NCBI GenBank assembly: GCA_947487055.1
Contig: CANKVN010000003.1
Location: 5,222 to 69,221 of the forward strand
Direction of reading: 5' to 3'
Source of the DNA: Flavobacteriales bacterium
Lineage (GTDB): Bacteria; Bacteroidota; Bacteroidia; NS11-12g; UBA955
DNA length: 64,000 nucleotides
Below, piece by piece: positions 57,486-64,000 of this stretch. The position numbers and the translations under genes were made by a program. Positions within the stretch are counted from its first letter, which is position 1; each line of letters starts with the position of its first letter. The notes under the pieces are model-generated. The model did no database searches. It was not told where the DNA came from and was given only the letters and a program-made list of their open reading frames with translations.

Positions 57486-58391
57486 ATGTCTTATAGTTTT
57501 TCCCAATATCTAAACGCACTTAGAACCAATGAAAATGAAATTCCACTAGTAGATTTAAAAACTGATATCTTCGAAAGCCGGAACGAGGCAGAAAAGGATG
57601 CATTTTTAAAAGCCTTGTGTGGTTATATACGATTAAATCTGATGGGGCCGGAAGAAATACCTGGTTTTTTATTAAAAGACAGGGACGTATTGATTGCCCT
57701 CGGATATGAGGTATGGTCAAAAAAGGATGAGCAAATTGATGCGATAAAAGAACATATCAGGGCATCAGAATTTACTTCTGATTGGTCTTTTATCGAAGCA
57801 CTATTTGACGCTGATGACGGATCTCTGGCAATTTCTGTTGCTGATGAATCGGTGCAGGAATTACCTGAATTTTGGATAGAGGGTTTTAAAAAATGGTATA
57901 ATCAACCACGTGAATATTTTCTAGATTCAAACGATATAGAAAGTATTTATTCTCCACTACCGGATAAATTAAAAAAAGATTTAAATTTTAACAAGCAGCT
58001 GGTTTCCAAAATGCCTGAATTTTTTAGTGCGCTCGACGAATCTTTAAGGGCGAATGAAGCAATTTTAGACATTGCACATGAACAATATTTTTATTTGTTG
58101 TTAAATCGGCCCCAACTATATACTACCTTACCGTCTGAGCTAAAAAGTGACCCTATTTTGTGTGCCGGTGTGTTGGAAAATGATGGAATGATGCTGGTGG
58201 TAATGCCAGAATCCTGCCGGTCCAATGCTGAACTGGCCTATATTGCCATAAAACAAACCCCCAAAGCCATGGAGTGCATACATGATAATTTAACTTATGA
58301 TGTAGCGTTTATCAAACGAACCCTTGATGAATGTCCAGATGCACTAGCCTATTGTATTCCACGTATTAAATATTTATACAACAACGGCTAA
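57486..58391 (+). CDS. hypothetical protein with DUF4116-like repeats (island gene 3)
   Basis: A 301-aa ORF. The C-terminal half has repeated units of the form LP.ELK.D..........ENDGMML..MPE..RSN.ELAYIAIKQTPKAM..I...L..D..FI...L...PDALAY, resembling DUF4116 repeats. Confidence 0.55.
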   Translation: MSYSFSQYLNALRTNENEIPLVDLKTDIFESRNEAEKDAFLKALCGYIRLNLMGPEEIPGFLLKDRDVLIALGYEVWSKKDEQIDAIKEHIRASEFTSDWSFIEALFDADDGSLAISVADESVQELPEFWIEGFKKWYNQPREYFLDSNDIESIYSPLPDKLKKDLNFNKQLVSKMPEFFSALDESLRANEAILDIAHEQYFYLLLNRPQLYTTLPSELKSDPILCAGVLENDGMMLVVMPESCRSNAELAYIAIKQTPKAMECIHDNLTYDVAFIKRTLDECPDALAYCIPRIKYLYNNG

Positions 58392-58424
58392 AATATTTGG
58401 TAACCCTTTTCCGTTAAGGTTTTA

Positions 58425-59051
58425 ATGGATATTAACTTATTTGGTAAATCACCGCAAAATCCTGTAAAAACAAAAGGTATTGAAGAATCAATATTGTATT
58501 TGAATAGCCTATTAACTGAGGACTTAAGGCCTATATTATATCATAGAATACGCTCTGGTATTCGGAAAGATTCAAAACCTATAGACTGTTATGAAGTGAT
58601 GAAAAACGGAGAATTAATAGATTATATTTTCATAGATACCTATGCCTCAGAAAATTCTGTACAAGTTCCCGATGGATACATTTTTTATACCGGCAACAGG
58701 AGATCGATGAACATTAAAGGAATTGAAGTCACCAGTAGTATTGGGGTTAATTATCGAGTGAAAGCATTTCCGGAAGCTTTGCTGGAAAACCAAGAGGAAA
58801 AGCCCTTTTTAAGTCCTCAAAGTGAGGCCTTGCTGTCACTGGTTGTTCTGCGGCAGAGGGAGGATAAAACGGAGTATATGAATCAGATGTACGAAGTGGT
58901 CACCGGGGTAATGCGCGTAGGCCTTGTCCAGCATAAACCTAATGTAGCACAAAGTGCTATAAAGGCATTAATTCAGTATTTTCAGCAGAATGAAGAGTAT
59001 GAAAAATGTGCATCATTGCAAAAATTATTAATGGATATTAATGAGGTCTAA
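58425..59051 (+). CDS. hypothetical protein (island gene 4)
   Basis: A 208-aa ORF that starts 33 nt after gene 3. No family recognised. The C-terminal third is helical. Its stop lies 9 nt from the stop of the convergent ydeI-like gene. Confidence 0.55.
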   Translation: MDINLFGKSPQNPVKTKGIEESILYLNSLLTEDLRPILYHRIRSGIRKDSKPIDCYEVMKNGELIDYIFIDTYASENSVQVPDGYIFYTGNRRSMNIKGIEVTSSIGVNYRVKAFPEALLENQEEKPFLSPQSEALLSLVVLRQREDKTEYMNQMYEVVTGVMRVGLVQHKPNVAQSAIKALIQYFQQNEEYEKCASLQKLLMDINEV

Positions 59052-59060
59052 AAAATGTTA

Positions 59061-59699
59061 TCAATCCTGCATGCCTTTGCCCTGCAAGATCTTCTCCCTG
59101 TATTTAGAAATGCGCTCTAACCGTGTTTTGGGCTGTTTTGCGGCACCGAAAAACAAAATATAACCCCTACGCCTCCCAGGGGTGAGTTTGTGGAATGCAG
59201 CGGCTAAATCGGGGTCGTTGTTTAGCACATTGGTGAGCTCTTCCGGCATGACCTGCTCCTGCGGTGGCTTGAATGAAACTTTTTGTCCTGCCTCTTCTAT
59301 TCCTACAGCCTCCATTAAGTAAGCGTTGATATGTAAGCGCTGATCATTGACCTGCCCGGGGCTTGTAAACCTCAAGTAACGCATCGCCTGGCTGTTTTCA
59401 CCGGGTTTTTGGAGGAGTTTTTCAGGGTCCGTCATCAATGCCCCTTTGAAGAAACTGAGGGTGGCACAATGCTTCAGCGCACCCAGCAAAACCACATTGT
59501 TAGCACCATGCATGTAACAAGCCACTCCCCATTTTCGGGTTTCGGTGAGGCCGCTCTGCAACAGTATTTGTCTTAATAATGCCAGTTCTTCTTTCCAGGT
59601 ATTCACCTTGCAGGCTGGTGTTGCACCAAGTGCGCAACGGCCACAACCATCCACAAAGAAGACATCTACGTCAGGGTTTTGGGATGATGGGCTCTTCAT
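59061..59699 (-). CDS. YdeI/OmpD-associated (DUF1801-type) family protein
   Basis: The N-terminal Cys cluster is FFVDGCGRCALGATPACKV. The C-terminus is LTPGRRRGYILFFGAAKQPKTRLERISKYREKI. Both are typical of YdeI-like proteins. Confidence 0.7.
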   Translation of the reverse strand: MKSPSSQNPDVDVFFVDGCGRCALGATPACKVNTWKEELALLRQILLQSGLTETRKWGVACYMHGANNVVLLGALKHCATLSFFKGALMTDPEKLLQKPGENSQAMRYLRFTSPGQVNDQRLHINAYLMEAVGIEEAGQKVSFKPPQEQVMPEELTNVLNNDPDLAAAFHKLTPGRRRGYILFFGAAKQPKTRLERISKYREKILQGKGMQD

Positions 59700-59754
59700 G
59701 TTTTTCTCGATACGCTTGCAAAAGTAGGAAAAAGGGCAAACTTCCCTATTAGTG

Positions 59755-61704
59755 CTATATCCGAACCGTTAGCCCTGCCCGCAGCCATCGCCCGGGAAGC
59801 TGTACGTTGCCCAAATCCATCATGCGGTTCCCGAACAAGTTGGTGGCTTCCGCAAAAACCTGCAGTTGCTTGTGGCTGTAGCGCAAGCGGGCGTCCAATG
59901 CAATATTGGCCGGGTAAGCCTGCTCTACCGGGTTTCCCGGAGCCATATAGCCTCCCCTTCTTTGCTGCAGGTAGCCAATGGTAGTGAGGGAAATAGTTTT
60001 ATACAACATCCAATCCCCTTGCAGCGTGAACTTCTGCCGGATAAAATCCAGTGCGTAATTGCTTTCAAAACCCTCGCTGTTGTTGTTGGCATCCATAATG
60101 AAAAATCCGGCTGTTATCTTTTGCAAGACTCCACCAACGGGCTGCTGGGGCTGAAACTCCCAGTAACCATCTGCACCATAATAATGCACATCGGTGAGGT
60201 TGGTGGCTTTGGTGATGCTGCTTCCTGTGAGCCGAACCCAGTCAATCATGTTTTGGCCGTAACGGCTGAAGGCTGCTATGCGGAAACGGTGCGACTTATG
60301 GCGTATCTGGCTGCCGAGTTCAAAACACAGGGCCTGCTCGGGTTTAAGGTCTTTGCTTCCCTGAGCTCCGCCACGGTTGTAGTACAAATCGGTATAGGTG
60401 GGAAAGCGAAAGGCTTTGTTTGCTGATGCAAACCAGCGCGTATTTCTGTGGTTTTTGGCGATTTCTATGCCCGGAAACATGCCGTTGCCAAAGGCTGAAT
60501 TTTTGTTCAGCAATACCCCGCCGGAAACCATCCATTTTCTCCATGTCATGCGGTCTTCGGCATACAAACTCCAGTTTTCCCTTCCCGCACTGCGTGTAAA
60601 AACGGTTCCTTCGGGGCCAAAAGGCACCGCAAGGGTATCGCCGGGCTCGCCGAGCACATTGCTTCGCACAAACTCCTTGCGGTATTCCACACCGATGGAA
60701 AGGGCGTGTGCGCCAAACTTGCGCGAAATATCGGCCATACCGCCACGGTTGACGGTTTGGTGATAGTTGTGGCCGGTATACCAGGTTGGGGTGGTGTCGG
60801 TTCCGCGAACATAGCGTTTTCCGCTGCGTTGGTACCAGCCGTCTCCTTCCCGGTATAGCTCGAACCTGTCGTGGTTGTAGCGGTAATAGGAATTTCCGTT
60901 TAGCTGCCATTTTCCCCATTGGTATTCCCACATCACAGATAGCAGGCGGGTTTGGGTATATTCCTGCTGGTAAGGAAAGCTGCTGCTGTAAAAGTTTTGA
61001 GCCCCAAAGCGTTTGCTTGTTGTGGCCGCATTCATCCATATTTTGCCGGCCTTCTCCTTGCGGTAAATCTGCCCAAAAAGGCTGTTCTGGTTCATGTCCG
61101 TATTGGCTATATAGCCATTATGGGCAAGGCTCTGTCCGGAAACCCCGGCACCCCAGCCTTTGTGGAAGCCGGAAACCCCGGCTGCCAAGCGGTGAAAACC
61201 ATTTTGACCGCCGAAGGCGGATGCAAAAGCGCCATTTTTTGAGGGCAACAGGGTATTAAAGTTTACAGCACCGGCCATGGCTTTCGGACCATAAATTCTG
61301 GAGGTACCGGAAGCGCTGACTTCCACGCTGCTATACATTTCCTGGGGCAAGGGGAGGTTTAGGTTGTGGTGTCCGGTTTGTGCGTCGGTCATGGGCACAC
61401 CATCGAGCATGATGAGGGTTTGCTCGTAATTGCCGCCGCGAATGCTTAAATCGCCCTGTACCCCGAGTCCTCCACGGCTTCTCAAATCAAGCCATGGCAG
61501 GTAATCCAGGTAATCTTCCACACTATGCACTGGAGTTGCCTGCAGGGCCTTGCCATCAATGCGGGTAAGCATTCTCGCAGACTGTGATAATGTGCTGCGG
61601 GTTCTTCCGTCGAAAACAGTTAAGGTATCAAACCTAAGGGTGTCCTGGGCATATGCTCCAACAATGGTTAAGCACATGAACCCTAAAAGGATGTTTTTAC
61701 GCAT
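59755..61704 (-). CDS. TonB-dependent receptor (649 aa)
   Basis: It has a signal peptide ending AYAQ. The plug block is VEDYLDYLPWLDLRSRGGLGVQGDLSIRGGNYEQTLIMLDGVPM. The terminal strand is WLRAGLTVRI. Confidence 0.85.
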   Translation of the reverse strand: MRKNILLGFMCLTIVGAYAQDTLRFDTLTVFDGRTRSTLSQSARMLTRIDGKALQATPVHSVEDYLDYLPWLDLRSRGGLGVQGDLSIRGGNYEQTLIMLDGVPMTDAQTGHHNLNLPLPQEMYSSVEVSASGTSRIYGPKAMAGAVNFNTLLPSKNGAFASAFGGQNGFHRLAAGVSGFHKGWGAGVSGQSLAHNGYIANTDMNQNSLFGQIYRKEKAGKIWMNAATTSKRFGAQNFYSSSFPYQQEYTQTRLLSVMWEYQWGKWQLNGNSYYRYNHDRFELYREGDGWYQRSGKRYVRGTDTTPTWYTGHNYHQTVNRGGMADISRKFGAHALSIGVEYRKEFVRSNVLGEPGDTLAVPFGPEGTVFTRSAGRENWSLYAEDRMTWRKWMVSGGVLLNKNSAFGNGMFPGIEIAKNHRNTRWFASANKAFRFPTYTDLYYNRGGAQGSKDLKPEQALCFELGSQIRHKSHRFRIAAFSRYGQNMIDWVRLTGSSITKATNLTDVHYYGADGYWEFQPQQPVGGVLQKITAGFFIMDANNNSEGFESNYALDFIRQKFTLQGDWMLYKTISLTTIGYLQQRRGGYMAPGNPVEQAYPANIALDARLRYSHKQLQVFAEATNLFGNRMMDLGNVQLPGRWLRAGLTVRI

Positions 61705-61765
61705 GTTTAATTGTTGCGAAAATAGGGCTATGACTTAAGTGTTTTTTTATTTGCATCGATATAAT

Positions 61766-61800
61766 AAAAAAGGGAGACCAATTGGCTCCCTTTCTTTTTT
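61766..61800 (-). terminator. Rho-independent terminator downstream of katG
   Basis: aaaaaagggag(a)cc-aatt-ggctcccttt hairpin, flanked by A/T runs on both sides. It lies 15 nt after the katG stop. Confidence 0.7.
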
Positions 61801-61814
61801 TAAACGTATTTTTA

Positions 61815-64000
<2,186 letters not shown>

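Noticed and set aside
55462-59060. Calling the low-GC island a mobile element
   Set aside because: I could find no integrase, transposase, tRNA target, or flanking direct or inverted repeats. The right edge abuts the neighbouring stop codon within 9 nt. I report it as a compositional island or cargo operon only.
60344-61039. 231-aa ORF on the minus strand in an alternative frame of the TonB-dependent receptor
   Set aside because: It is Arg/Pro/Gln-rich out-of-frame read-through of the receptor gene. The receptor frame is continuous with plug and barrel features.
61705-61814. Possible riboswitch (for example cobalamin) leader upstream of the 649-aa TonB-dependent receptor
   Set aside because: The intergenic region is only about 110 nt, and much of it is the katG terminator hairpin. 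That is too short for a cobalamin riboswitch, and no conserved B12-box-like sequence was seen.

Overview
This 64-kb window looks like a chromosomal segment from a Bacteroidota genome. The evidence is SusC/SusD pairs, T9SS C-terminal sorting domains, TonB-dependent receptors, and repeated TAnnTTTG -7 promoter boxes with no Shine-Dalgarno sequences. Gene density is high and most genes are housekeeping: lolC/E-like permease (truncated at the left edge), pth, coaE, yajC, nusB, era, tyrS, gap, pyrF, galE, asnS, rpoN and katG (truncated at the right edge). Cell-envelope and nutrient-uptake modules sit between them: rfbA plus a giant Wza-like exporter plus a Wzz-like protein, GH16, GH92, SusC/D, two TonB-dependent receptors and two T9SS cargo proteins. 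I found no rRNA, tRNA, CRISPR array, transposase or integrase. The strongest candidate for something new is a low-GC, four-gene, single-strand operon at about 55.5-59.05 kb. It sits between the GH92 gene and a ydeI-like gene. Its first protein keeps the ordered motifs of the uracil-DNA-glycosylase fold but with altered catalytic positions. Its third protein carries DUF4116-like repeats, and the other two match nothing I recognise. Secondary items are listed below.
- An MBOAT / DHHW / SGNH+LysM cassette at 48.3-52.6 kb, probably for peptidoglycan O-acetylation.
- A PiT phosphate transporter with a roughly 185-aa coiled-coil insertion, preceded by two divergent DUF47 paralogues.
- An AsnRS with a coiled-coil insertion.
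- A 34-aa Cys/Lys-rich micro-ORF upstream of a VIT transporter.
- A 1246-aa T9SS cargo protein with six repeats of about 113 aa.
All functional calls come from reading the translated ORFs and recalling family motifs. No database search was run.
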